NCBI GenBank assembly: GCA_964016885.1
Contig: OZ024745.1
Coordinates: 66,092,001 to 66,156,000, forward strand
Length of the DNA stretch: 64,000 bases
Source of the DNA: Eledone cirrhosa
Lineage: Eukaryota
Direction: 5' to 3'
Shown here: positions 51,931-64,000 of the stretch, piece by piece
Position numbering within the stretch: position 1 is the first letter of the stretch
How the letters are laid out: each line of letters starts with the position of its first letter
The notes under the pieces: generated by a model
The model's input: the letters and a program-made list of their open reading frames with translations, nothing else
Told to the model about the DNA's origin: nothing
Database searches by the model: none
Program-made: the position numbers and the translations under genes

Positions 51931-52858
51931 TTACTTCCTTGTGGCTCATAATTCACATCTAATCTTTTCACTTACAGTTGTTCATTTTCATTAGCTGTCC
52001 ATCTTTATTACTATCCTGTCATGCTGCTCATGTCATTTTTTTCTATTCAATCCCCTTGACAAAATCCATTATGAAGATTTCTCTTTCTCTTCACTCTCCC
52101 TTTCTCTTCACTCTCTTCACTCTCTTCTTTCCATCTTATTTGCCTTATAAGAGAAAATGCAACGTAAATTAGAGATGACTCTTTACACTTACAGGGGACA
52201 CATGCAACACTAGAGATAGTGCCAGGATAGATGTACCCTGCACACTTTGTAATCTTGATGGGGTTAGGAAGGCTCATAAACATAGAAATGAGGCAAGAGA
52301 GGATGCATATGAGCATGATGCTCAACTCTATCTAGGTGGATAGTGACAAACCGTCCAACCCATGCCAACATGGAAAAATTATGTAAAAATTATGATGAGG
52401 ATGATAATGATAACAATGGACCAATTAGGAAATCTAATGAACTGACTTGCATCAATTATTATCGCCTTAATTGTTACAGCTTGTTTAATTATTGAGCATA
52501 TGGTTAATTATCTTTAATTACCTGTCTTTAGTTGAAACTTTGTGGAACTATAAAAACATCTCAGACTTTGGGTCAATACATTTCTTTTAAAAGAATTAGT
52601 GATTATTTCAGGCCTGGAAGTAATCAAACTGCAAAACTTCATTCACAGTAATTATAGCTGAAGCTGAAATTTTTACATTAGGTTACACAAGGACATTATA
52701 TTGTTTTGTTTTAGCTTTCACAATGTTATGTTTGCATAATGATTTAATACTTGAATTATGTTTTTCGTCATTTCTTTACTTTAGCTTTTTGGATCTTAAG
52801 ACTAGAGGATTGTGGTTTCAAATCATGATATTCTACAGATAAATACCTTTTATACGTT

Positions 52859-53060
52859 TTAACCCTTTCAATACCAACCCACCTGAATCTGGCTCTGGTT
52901 CTGTGATAAAATAATCCATTTTAAAGTGTTCATTTCTAAATTAAAACCTTCCATCATAATTGTATTTAACCTCTTTGTTACTGGGTTCTTCACATCAACT
53001 TAATGAAAAAGTTACTGCATTTAAACCTTCTAAAATGTTGACTGTTTTCAAAATTAATTG
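52859..53060. mobile_element. Possible piggyBac-like MITE end
   Basis: TTAA|CCCTTTCAATACCAACCC start; no matching right end found. Confidence 0.3.
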
Positions 53061-55179
53061 AAATATCATTAATTAAGACAATACAGATATTAAGTAGGTA
53101 CAGAAGCTGTTCAGAAGCTGTTTATTTAATTGAGTTAACGCCCAACTTATTAATAATCATCTGATAAAGAAAACAATCCAAATCAATACTAGTATTATCA
53201 GAGCTCAAATTTTACTTACTTCTAAGTCAAGGAGAGAGAGAGGCAATGTCGGTGATCGTTTGTGTTTTCAGGGATTCAGAAACTGATTGGAACAAGGGAG
53301 GCAATACCCTTAAACTGTAAACATGACATAAATGCTTGCTATAAATTGAGCTCTACTAAAAGCAACAAAAGAGCAACTGGTTGTGTTAAACAAAGTGTAG
53401 GATGAAATCTAATCACCTGAAAACTTTTGATAAGGGGCAATAACCCCGAAGCAATTGTAAACTGTTTTCTCTCTACTACTGCTGAAACAATGCATCTGAC
53501 TCCAAATCAGGAGCACATCTGTGTATGTTTGTGATGTATAACTTAGTGGTTCTACAAAATAAAGAATTTATAAAATATAAAACCAGAAATAGGTATTGGA
53601 GTCGTTTTGATCAATGAAATTCTCTTCAATGTGATGCTCCAACATGGCCATAGTCTAATGACGCCAACCAGTATATATATATATATATAGCTTAATGTAT
53701 TGTAACATCATGTTACTGATGGTTTACCTACTTGAGCACTTGATGTGTAGGTGTGGATCCATTTAATAATAGAGCGTAGCGTTATATATTTGGTATCAAA
53801 CTTAGTGATGATAATCTCACACCTCGTTCCTACTTATTTTTAATTATATATATATATATATACTACAAGGTTGGCACCGCGGTTGGGATTTTACATTTCT
53901 CTCTCTATCTATCTATCTATATGTGTGTGTGTCTACTGCATTTGTAAATTATCTTATTACTATTTTGAAAGCAATTATAGAAATATTGCTATTTCCTACC
54001 TCTCAATGCATATATTTTTCTAAATGGTGAATATACTTCAAATAAATGCATATATACAACATTTTATAATTTACTGTAATATTCAAGTCCTATTTTCTAC
54101 GTTCTCTGAAATATTTCCATGAAAACGAGCTGGGTGATATCTACCTCCTATGGGTCAATGAAATTTAGCTTTAGTTTTCTATGTAGTGTGTCTATGTGTT
54201 GACTGTTTGTATAGTGTTGGTTTTATAAATCAAGTTTTACTTTGAAGTTGATATTTAAGTCAACCTTTAACATTTATGACAATTCCAATAACATACAATA
54301 TATCAGATACTTGTAAATTTGATTTAATACTTATATGCTGCATTTCAAACTAAACATTTCATGTACATCTAAACATTAATTACTTCAAAAAGATGGACAT
54401 AAAATAATTCATTTTATTCCATGAAATGCCAGAATTTATATCATTGCTTGTAAGCCATAATAATTTAATTTTATAATATTATTTTGATTGTATACCTGCA
54501 GAGTCATTGATATAGGAAAGAAAATCTGATGTCAATATTTATGACATCTTAGTTTAAGGAGAATGAGCAATGCACATATTCTTTTCAAGTCCCCACTCCT
54601 AGAATGATTTTGATAACGTTCTGGATTGATACTTATAGGGAAAGTTTAGCAGGCAAGAGATTTTGAGAGAAATGCAGTTTTGGAATGTTAAAGGTTTAAG
54701 CAAGGGGTTCACAGCAGAATTTGAAGAGAGGGGCACAGCAAGGAAGGTGGAGTCAGAAGACGCAGTGAATTGGGTGGATTTAATTAAGGTAGTACGTATG
54801 AAATATGTTCTTCATAGGAACTTGGTTTAGGTTTTTTTTTTTTTTTTTTTTTTTCTATATCAGAAATAAAGTTTTCGTCTTTCAGGAATTTTCTATTTGA
54901 AGCAATATTCTAAAGAAAAATTCCTGAAACAACATAGTTACAAGCAGAGAATTATGACATATTGGTAATGGTAGACGTTGTCTAGAGTCTTTGGCAAACA
55001 TTACAAAAACCCAAAACATCATAGATATTGTATCTCATGGTACATCTGATGATGTCGCCAGTTGTCTCATGTCATTGTATGATGATCTAAGCCAGCCAAA
55101 GAAATATGCATTTTATAATTGTGCAACATTAAAGAAAAATATTGTAATCTGACCCTCTGGTATTTTCATTGAAGTATAT

Positions 55180-55440
55180 CAATCATCGTTTTCATGTTCA
55201 TTTTTCCATGCTCGTATGGTTTGGATGGGTCCTTTACAGCACAGCATCTCTCTAATCATGTTCCTTCATCTCCACTGTAAATCTCAGAGACATGAGATCA
55301 GCACTCACCACCTTTGCCCAGGTTTTCCTTGGTCTACCTCTACTGTGGTTTCATTCTGCTAGGATTTCCTAGCACTTCTTCACTCAACGATCATCATTCA
55401 GGTGTATCATATGTCTGTGCCTATCCAGTCATCCCTCTTT
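55180..55440 (-). mobile_element. RTE family-B 3' remnant
   Basis: Homologous to 26700-26960 and 61760-62020. Confidence 0.7.
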
Positions 55441-55995
55441 CTACATACTGAGCAGTATTGATTTGTAACTTGACAGTGCTTAGCTCCTAGTGTAGCAGTT
55501 CTTTGTAACTTTGTAACTGTGTGAATGCTTGATGAAGGTCGAAGCTCTCTTGCACATGGCTACACACACCTCTCTGCTACTGTATGCAGCATCAACTTTA
55601 CGATATACACTATTTGTGTGAATTTTATTCATTATGTTTTCCATAATTTTGGCAGATTTTTTTTTATTCTGGCTTGATCCCCTTCCTAATATCAACAACT
55701 TTACAGCATGAACTGGGCACATTATTCATGCTGCCAGCAGTAGAGAAGTTGTCATACTGGAATCAAAATTCATCTCTGTCCTCTATCAGTTTTTATTCAG
55801 AGTGTGTATTCCCCTAAACAGGTTGCCTTTACTACAGTTTACAAAGTTTCAATATACAGCCCTACTTTCTACCTTACCTTTTATACATACACACCCACCA
55901 ACTTTATCCTTCACTCAGATCACTTTGTAACCAGATACCCTTATCTAGATCTCATCACAAACATTTTACAACACTTTTTTCCCCTTACCTGTGCT

Positions 55996-56108
55996 TAAAT
56001 CCCGCTGAGGTTAACTTTGCCTTTCATCCTTACGGGGTCGATAAAATAAAGTACCAGTAATGCACTGGTTAATTGCTGGCCTTGTGCCAAAAAGAAGAAA
56101 CAATTATT
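55996..56108 (+). mobile_element. SINE family A, 5'-truncated
   Basis: Core and tail consensus match. Confidence 0.85.
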
Positions 56109-56243
56109 TTATTTCAGTTTTACTCCCCTTTTGTCCTTACTTACCCACTAGGTTTTTAAATGTACTCACATAGGGTTGTATGCGCGCGCATATGCAGACA
56201 GACTTATGTATACATACATAATAATGTTTTGATTATTTTATTG

Positions 56244-56295
56244 TATGTGTGTGTGTGTATATATGTGTGTGTGTATATGTATGTATGTATATATG

Positions 56296-56370
<75 letters not shown>

Positions 56371-56393
56371 GTATATATATATATATATATATA
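56244..56393. repeat. (TG)/(TA) microsatellite
   Basis: Direct reading. Confidence 0.95.
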
Positions 56394-56394
56394 T

Positions 56395-57457
56395 TTATTC
56401 AGGTTTGAGGTTCACCACTGTATAGAGCTGGTCTATTCCGTATGGTCAATCGTAATGCAATAATATAGAGAGTACTCAACGTAAAGCAGTTCAACCGTCT
56501 TAGTTTTTATAGTTGGTGGTGCTATTACGGAGTTAAATATTATAATGAAATGACAGGAGGCTGGATTTGTGTAAATCCTTGAAAGGTTTATTATACTATG
56601 ATCATTTCAATGACCGGGTTCCGTATGAATCCGGTGATATCATCAGGTATTCGAAATATAATACGTGAATGTAATAGGTAAAATCCATGGGGCTGAAAAT
56701 CGAGACCCGAGGGCGACCGCTATTCTGTTCCTTCAACCTCAGCCGGTCGCCCTGGAGTGACGTGGCTAAATTTTATAGTATGCTACTACCGGTCAGATGA
56801 ACGAAAACAGAAAGGGATGGCAGCATAGGTTAACGTCGATCCCATGACACAAGGTAAAAGAAAGAAAGAAAGGAAGGAGAAGAAGGGGGAAGAAAGAAGA
56901 AGAGAAGTCAGGGTTAATGTCAGCTAAAAGGGGAAGGCAACTACTACTGGTCAGATATAGGCAAGCAAGAGGGGGAAGGAAGATAAGTCTGCGGGAGGAG
57001 GGGAGGAGAGAAGGAAGGGAAGAGAGAAGTAGAAAAGTAAGGGTTGATGGCTACAAGAAGGAAGATAGAAAGGAAGAGGAAGAAAGGTCGATATTAATGT
57101 CAGACCACAGTCAAGCCAGGAGTGGCGCGAGAAAATTTTCACAGGGACCCGCATCTTAGCGGAGATGAATATATTGGGAGTCAGTGTTTTACAGTGTTTA
57201 GACTTCTAGGATGAAGTTAAAAAAAATTAATAATCAATATTCAATATTAAAGAGGTTAGAAAATTTAAAGTTCAACAGTTTAACATTTAATTATATAATA
57301 GTTCCGATTTGTTCTGTAATTTAAAGGTACTATTTGGCGGTTAAAACAACGGCCGCGCCCCGGGCCCCATGGCGGATTAAGCCACGCCGAGTATTTTCAT
57401 TTACTGAAAGAAGGGGAAATTTAATTGTTTTAACGTTGTTACGGCGTTGGGGTGTCA
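56395..57457 (-). mobile_element. Non-coding PLE pLTR/3'UTR-like unit with hammerhead
   Basis: Pyrimidine-rich tract, GC hairpin 56710-56753, hammerhead 56593-56650; ends in (TA)n. Confidence 0.55.
56593..56650 (-). ncRNA. Minimal type I hammerhead ribozyme
   Basis: atac-CTGATGA-tatcaccggattc-atacg-gaacccggtcatt-GAAA-TGATCA-TA-gtat; palindromic stem III. Confidence 0.7.
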
Positions 57458-57559
57458 GGCGTTGAGTGCCTTGCGTTCGAGGTTGTCCATATAAGAGATC
57501 GCTAGCACACCTGATAGGCTTGATCCCATGGGCAATCCCGAGGTTTTTTGGTATATTTC
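57458..57559 (-). pseudogene. Inverted fragment of PLE RT (QxxGxPMGS motif)
   Basis: Minus strand reads EIYQKTSGLPMGSSLSGVLAISYMDNLERKALNA. Confidence 0.85.
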
Positions 57560-58439
57560 CCAAGACACGGCGAACAGAATCTATGAGACGTTCAACAACA
57601 CGGACGAGAACATTGACTTCAGTGTTGAACACCCCAACGAAGACGGGTCACTTGTCCTCCTCGACTTCCGAATCAACATCACGGAACAGGGAAGGATCCA
57701 CTGCAACTTCTACCGAAAGGCAGCCTGCAGGGACATGTTCGTTCACTACAAGTCCGCCCTCCCTAACAGTGCCAAAAGAGGATACATCACGAACGAGATC
57801 GCGCGAATCAAAAACAGATGCAGCGATCCCGCCAGTGGTGTCACTCATACCAAGCGATTCCTCGAGGTGCTGGAGACGAACGAGTACCCTACCTCGATCA
57901 CAGACAGAATAGGAGACACCAGACACAAGAGACAGAGGGGCACCCAAGGCAAGTGCTTCCTTAAAATGCCATACCTGGGCGAGAATACCACCAACGTTAT
58001 CCGCAAGGCTATACGGAGGGAGGGCCTCGACATACACCTGGCCCACTCAGGCCCCTCCCTGCGAAGATGCCTCTCCAGGAAACCCGGGAAATCTACTGAC
58101 GCATACTCCCTCAGAGATTGCCCGATACGCCATGCGAACTGTTGCCTACGCACATACGTCGTGTATAAGATAGAATGTGACAGGTGCAACCAATACTACA
58201 TAGGTAGCACAATCCGACCTTTGCACATCCGGATCAAGGAACACACTAAAACCAGGGCCTCGTCTTTCCGGAAACACATAGACAAATGCGGAAACAAAGA
58301 CGGAAGGCCCATTGTCACAATTCTAGCGACTGAAAGAAACGTCGGCACGTTACGTATCAAGGAAGCGCTTTTTATCAAACGCCTGCAACCGCAAATAAAC
58401 AACCGATCAGAGAGAAGCGAAATGAGATGGCTGGTTTAA
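57560..58439 (+). CDS. Penelope-like element ORF C-terminal half: RT thumb plus GIY-YIG endonuclease (5'-truncated, probably non-functional)
   Basis: FNNTDENIDFSVE, LLDFRI, FYRK, S.LPNSAKRG; VVYKIECDRCNQYYIGST.RPL..RIKEH; IKEALFIKRLQPQINNR; about 290 codons without a stop. Confidence 0.9.
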
Positions 58440-59052
58440 GTTAACAAACGATGCAGCAACACACAACACATGCACACACACACACAAACGAGACAACTAC
58501 ACACACGCACACACACACAGTAGCATTCCACCATACGAACATACTACACTGCCAATACAGAGGAACAAGGCAACAACACACGCACACACACACACAGTAA
58601 CGTTTAACAAACAGGCAGAGAAGGGACTGACAGCTAGCGCCACCCCACTCCCTCATTCGGCCGCTGACCTCTGCCCGACCGACCCCATTTCGCGCGCACG
58701 CGCGCTCTGCCGAATACCTCAGATATTCAAAACAACAAACAGCGGAGGACGCGTTTCGCACCTGTCCGACAGACAACCTTTTCCCCCACCCCGGAAAAAA
58801 CCCCAGTTGATAGATGTGAATCCGAAATATATAGGGACTATTAAATCTCTCCCAAGGTAACTCTCTCTTGTGTTGTTATTTTTATTTTATCCTTTATACT
58901 CTTCCCTTCATTCTTCTACACATCTTACACATCTTATACACACCACGCATCTCAACGTACACCCACTTACATCTCTCTCTCCACCACCGGATCTTGTTAC
59001 CGGAGATTTACCCATTTGCATTGTCGAGGCTTCCAAACGACTTAAAGATATT

Positions 59053-59055
<3 letters not shown>

Positions 59056-59109
<54 letters not shown>
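59056..59109. repeat. (TA)n microsatellite at the PLE 3' end
   Basis: Direct reading. Confidence 0.95.
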
Positions 59110-59112
<3 letters not shown>

Positions 59113-59199
59113 GAGGTTATATTTACTATCCAGGAAGCAACAACCATTAAGGCTGTCTTTTTTCCGGGTATGTCAATATTTATTTATAAAACAAATCTG

Positions 59200-59266
59200 T
59201 ATTTTATCTGATGAAAGCGCACCATAATTTGCCTTGGTTGCCCTTGAATATATATATCATAAAATA
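59200..59266 (+). ncRNA. Type I hammerhead motif with a damaged GAAA box
   Basis: Stem I TATTTTAT/ATAAAATA, CTGATGA 59208-59214, stem II AAGCGCACCA/TGGTTGCCCTT, GAA(T)A-TATATA-TC. Confidence 0.6.
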
Positions 59267-59309
59267 AATATGGTTTTATAATTATAGTTTCCATTTATTA
59301 ATATATTGT

Positions 59310-60160
59310 ATATATATATATATGTTTGTGTATATGTATGTGTGTGTGTATGTATATGTTTATTATATTTATATATGGTTATATGTATGTGTTTACGTAT
59401 ATGTGTGTGTATGCGTATGTATATATGGGTTATTATGTGTGTATGGATTTACGTATGAGTTTTTTGTATGCGTGTGTTGATTTCTTATTACGTACGTGTA
59501 TGCGCACGCATTTATATACGTATGTACGTAGGTTATGAACCATTGCTCTTTATTGTAGGCTTTTATGTGTATGTGGATGTGTGTGTATATGGTTGTATGT
59601 ATGTTTATATATATACGTGTGTATGTGTATATGTATTTTTGCACGCATGTGGATGTGTGTGTGTACGTATGTTTATTTTATATTTTTGTGTGTGTATATA
59701 TAATATATATATATATATATACATACACATACATATGTGTGTGTGTTTTTATACGTGTGTATGAGTATTTATGCTTGTATATGTGTGTGTGCGTGTGTAG
59801 GTATGTATGTATATATATATTTATGGATATGCCCATCTCGTGTATTTGTTTATTTTTAAGTTTTTTCCCCTCCCCCACACATTCATACTTATCGTTGTCA
59901 ACATGTCTCCTTTTTGTCTTTATTTTGTTTTTGACTTTGTATTTTTTGTTCTTATTCATTTATTTATTTATTCCTACTAATTCATGTATTTGTATGTGTA
60001 TGTATTTATGTCCCTGTCCGTATGTCTATGTAGACGCAAATACGCTTATGTGAAAAGTATACGTCTACGTATGTTTTAAGTATATGCGCGTGATTGAGTG
60101 TGTGTATGTTTACGTTCTGGATATGTATTGTTTATATATATATATATATATTTTTATATA
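59310..60160. repeat. Long degenerate (TG/TA)n low-complexity tract
   Basis: Direct reading. Confidence 0.85.
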
Positions 60161-60253
60161 TTCTTTTTCCCCTGTTTTTTTCTCAGCCTCACTTTCATAT
60201 TTCTTAAATTTTGTTTTCAAATCCATATTTAATAAAAACACCATGTTTTTTTA

Positions 60254-60311
60254 TTCATTCTGACGACTGAAAACAGATACATCTGCTTTCAAGAAACCAC
60301 TGGTAAATGAA
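60254..60311 (+). ncRNA. Type I hammerhead ribozyme
   Basis: TTCATT-CTGACGA-stem II-GAAA-CCACTGG-TA-AATGAA; all core nucleotides present, first stem II pair mismatched (C.A). Confidence 0.72.
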
Positions 60312-60407
60312 ATAATTATCTTATGTTGTTTATTACATAACTAATAAGCTCTGTAGCCTACATAGAGCACTCTTTTTTCCTGTACCTTCCCGACCGAAAT
60401 ACTTCAC

Positions 60408-60453
<46 letters not shown>

Positions 60454-61139
60454 TGGATAGACAAATAGATTAAATTTAAATATTGATATGTATACACACA
60501 CACAAATATATTATACTTATGTGATATAAGACAAATGACTAATTGCATATCTGTATGTGTGAGAGAAAGAGAAACTGGTTTGTAGTTTTAATTATTAAAT
60601 GTAAAGTTTAAACATAAAAGCTGGGAATTGGAACTGTTAGAAAGTTTGAAACAAAGGTGTAAAACCAAGCATTTATCTACATGGAAACATTTTGCAGAAA
60701 GCATTAACCTTTTAAAAATACAGCATATGTTAACATGAAAGTTATACAAGAAAAGAAATATTCTAGATAATTACAATTCCTCTACCGAAGATGTTACAAT
60801 GTTACTGACAAGTTTAAAGGTATAATCACAATTGACATAGAACAAGTGAAATAGAATAAAACAGTTTATTACTGAAGAGAAAATTAATGCTTTGGCTACA
60901 TGTGCGAATGTAATAGATATAAAAAATAATTGATATAGGATGTATAATGAAAATGATAGTACTTAGAGAAAACAAGATAAGCTTTAAGAAAGAGCTCATT
61001 GCGAAATTCTCAATTGAATGTAAAAAGAAATTTTGCTGTATTAATTGTGCATATGGGTTATGTGTGTTTTTTTGTAAACATTTAAAGATTCTACCTCCCA
61101 TTAAATTTGTGTATAGCATATTCATGGGACATATTGCCA

Positions 61140-61356
61140 AAATGACTAACAGCAGATGAACCACTCACATCACTTTCTGGACCCCATAAGGCCACACAAG
61201 AACCATAAGGCCACCAGAAGACCAGGTGGTGGGACGATTTTGAGAAAACTGAAAAATGTTGGCTGTGAATGACTCAGGCTTGGCAAAAGATAGTGAAGCT
61301 AGGGGAAGGCCTATGTCCAACAATGGACTTTCCAGGACTGAAGATGATGATGATAT
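61140..61356 (+). mobile_element. RTE-type 3' remnant (further family)
   Basis: RP..TRWWDD and KAYVQQWT-like terminus followed by (GAT)n. Confidence 0.55.
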
Positions 61357-61619
61357 TCATGGAAAACTTTTATATATCAATAGTTATTGCACACTGACAT
61401 GCGACTATTTATATGAGAATTACTTACAAAATAATATGCCTGCATGTTTTCACCAGATTATATTATTTGAAATGGTAAAATCACCAACCAGTATTATATT
61501 CAATTTGACTAAATGGGAATTATGAATTTGGAAAACAACGTAAATATTCATGACAAGCTCTTTGCACATGCTAGCAGAAGAAATGGACATTAAATTCTAT
61601 ATATATACATATATATAAA

Positions 61620-62022
61620 TTTTGAGTATATGTTGGCTGGAGAGAAATGAAGCAAGTATGCTCTGTTGGATATGCAATAACAATGTGCGTGAACGACCAA
61701 GCATAGACGAGTTGAGAAAGAAACTGGGTATAAGAGGGATAAGTTGTGGTGTGCAGGAGAGAAGACTGAGATGGTATGGACATGTGATGCGCATGGAGGA
61801 TGACCGCTGGGTAAAGAAGTGCCAAGAAATCCCAGTAGAAGGAAGACGCAGTAGGGGTAGACCACGAAAAACATGGGTGGAGGTGGTGAGAGTAGACCTC
61901 AGATCGCTGAAACTCACCGAGGAGATGACGCAGGACCGTGACAAGTGGAGAGATGCTGTGCTGAATAGGACCCGTCCAACCCTTGCAAGCAGGAAAAAGC
62001 GGACGTAAAATGATGATGATAT
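61620..62022 (+). mobile_element. RTE family-B 3' fragment
   Basis: ORF 61622-62008 (QERRLRWYGHVMR..GRRSRGRPRKTW..DRDKWR); stop codon immediately before (ATG)n. Confidence 0.9.
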
Positions 62023-62070
62023 TGAAATAATATTCAGTGAAGTTTTAAGCAGTGTATATTATATATATAT

Positions 62071-62391
62071 ATGGCTTAGTGGTTAGAGCCTTACAATCGA
62101 AAGGTTGTGAGTTCAATTCTCAGACCAGGTGATGTGTTGTTTCCTTGAGCAAGACAATTTATTTCACATTGTTCCAGTTTACTCAGCTGTAGAAATGAGA
62201 TGATAGGGACTGGGGTCTATATCATTCCACTGCAAAGTGGTCGTGGAGGTGCCACGGCAAAAAAGCACCCAGCACTCACTGTAAATAAGGTTGGTGTTAG
62301 GAAGGGCATCCAGCTGTAGAAATCAAGCCAGAATCAGTTCCCGTCCCACCCTTGCAAGCAGGGAAAAGCGGACGTAAAATGATGATGATAT
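62071..62391 (+). mobile_element. CORE-type tRNA SINE with RTE-derived 3' end
   Basis: A-box TGGCTTAGTGG, B-box GAGTTCAATTCTC, CORE-like segment; last 52 nt match the adjacent RTE tail at 50/52. Confidence 0.9.
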
Positions 62392-64000
62392 GTGTGTATG
62401 AGTGTGTGTTTGAGCAATAAAAACAGAAGTCAGGTGTAGGTTGAGAGTTAGTTTATATATATTTATACATATATATACTTACATGTGTGACCTTGAACCA
62501 ACACTCTGCAAGATGCATGTTACACTTTTATGTTTGACACACATGAACCAATGAAGGAATAATATACAGTTTTATGTCTATCAAAATCTTCAACATTCTG
62601 ATACAGTGTTACAGATTATTAAGTAAAAATATGAAATCTTGTATTCTTACTGCAATAAACAAAATTAGTATTGTGACAGTTCATGAACTAAGCAAAGAAG
62701 TGCCCTTATAATGAGTAATGCAGCTGCAAGATTATAGTATAGTAGTAATTTCTCCCTTAATTCAGTTATTATACCAACATTACTACCTAGAAGTAGTATA
62801 TAATCCACTACCAAATGTTAAAACCTATCATTTTACTGCTGCCAACCAATGATATTTAGTCTAATTAGTGTTCACTATGAGCTAACATCAAGTTCATTAT
62901 TTTGTTATCTACTTGTTTGAATAAATGTGTGTGTTTATGTGATTTGTTAAATCTACGACACCATTTAGACTTTTTGTCGTTCATCCAGCCCCTATCCCAC
63001 TCAGTGTTTTTAACTAAAATGTGTTGTTAACATTGCTGGTAATGACGACATGGTCATGGTCTCTCTCTCTCAGTAAAGTTGAAGGTCAATATTTTTAACA
63101 ACATTCTGAAATCACTTCAGGATACGTATGAAGTGTTGGAACTGAAAACCAACAACTTCTATAGTATCTCAGACTACAAAACAGTAATAGGAATGTCAAA
63201 AAAGAGAAACAAATTTTAGGATGCAATTCTAACATCAGTCACTGAAGATGTTGTCCTTTCCCGAAAAGAAATGTTCAGATGTGGGATGTTCAATGTCATT
63301 TTAGATTAGTTGACTGCTGCAAGGTAGCAATCAGATCGTGACAATCCTATGCAGTTTACCTGCTATAGAGATCCTTATATAGAGATAAGAACTGAAGCTG
63401 GAAAACATATCACTGTTTTCCCCTATCATGTTACTAATAGAAGAAGTTATCTGGTTTGTCAGTCCATGTCTCACCCCATCTCAACTGTAAGCTTTACTCC
63501 ATATTAAGGGCTTGCTGATACTATTTCAAGTAATAATGTAGCTCTTAGAATATATTTCAGCTTGATGGCTACTAGTTGTTCTAGTGCAAATTAACACACA
63601 TAAATATATTACAATAACTATGCTGTCTGCAGGGACAGCTAAATTACCACTCAGACTGGGGTTTAGAGTTTTCCCCTCCTCCCTCTCTCTTTTTCCTTCG
63701 TTGCTGCATTCTCTTTTTTGTTTCCTCTTTACCTTTACTTTTCTTGTTTAATTTAGATATTCCAGACTGAAAGAAACAATTTTATGCACATACTACTTAC
63801 CTGAACGATGAAAGAATATCTGTTCTCTGCATGGATAGAGAAAACAGTGTTTTCAGATGCCAAGTGTAGAGAGAAAAACGTTTTGTAGCTATCTATGTAT
63901 ATACCATTGCAACATTTAACTATTTATATGTTACCCTATTATATGTATGTGTATATAACTTGTCAGTTCTAACTGCATGTACTAACTGAACTTTGATAAA

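Noticed and set aside
53690-53862. TA-flanked 160-bp unit as another hammerhead element
   Set aside because: Architecture is similar but no core motif on either strand
56710-56753. Hairpin as a SECIS element (Naiad-type PLE)
   Set aside because: Lacks the UGAN/NGAN quartet and apical AA arrangement; no in-frame UGA in the PLE ORF
57466-58402. Alternative-frame and antisense ORFs over the PLE, Tx1 and RTE elements
   Set aside because: Shadow frames of GC-richer retroelement coding sequence; no independent motifs
58800-58842. TTGATAGA...CGAAATATATA in the PLE 3' region as a hammerhead
   Set aside because: First core box and stem II are not convincing

Overview
AT-rich eukaryotic (animal) intronic or intergenic DNA with no recognisable host protein-coding gene. 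The repeat repertoire suggests a coleoid cephalopod, probably Octopus; this is inference from remembered repeat families, not checked. The window is a layered record of transposition. Non-LTR retrotransposon remnants: RTE (several families), Tx1 (2), CR1, R4/Dong-like and CRE-like. Penelope-like elements (PLEs): one young copy with an intact RT-thumb/GIY-YIG frame and a 5' inversion, plus two decayed copies. SINEs: about 15 copies of one tRNA-derived family and several CORE-SINEs with swapped tails. Also four DNA-transposon MITEs and long (TA)n tracts. The most notable signal is a set of minimal type I hammerhead ribozyme motifs (47922-47987 +, 56593-56650 -, 59200-59266 +, 60254-60311 +, decayed 14266-14322 -). 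The first four lie in TA-microsatellite-flanked non-coding units, three of them directly around the young PLE; the decayed one ends an old PLE. Together they are a candidate PLE/retrozyme system. Two SINE-LINE partnerships (Tx1 tail and RTE tail) can be read directly from the sequence. Boundaries of decayed elements are approximate, and all alignments and folds were done by eye.
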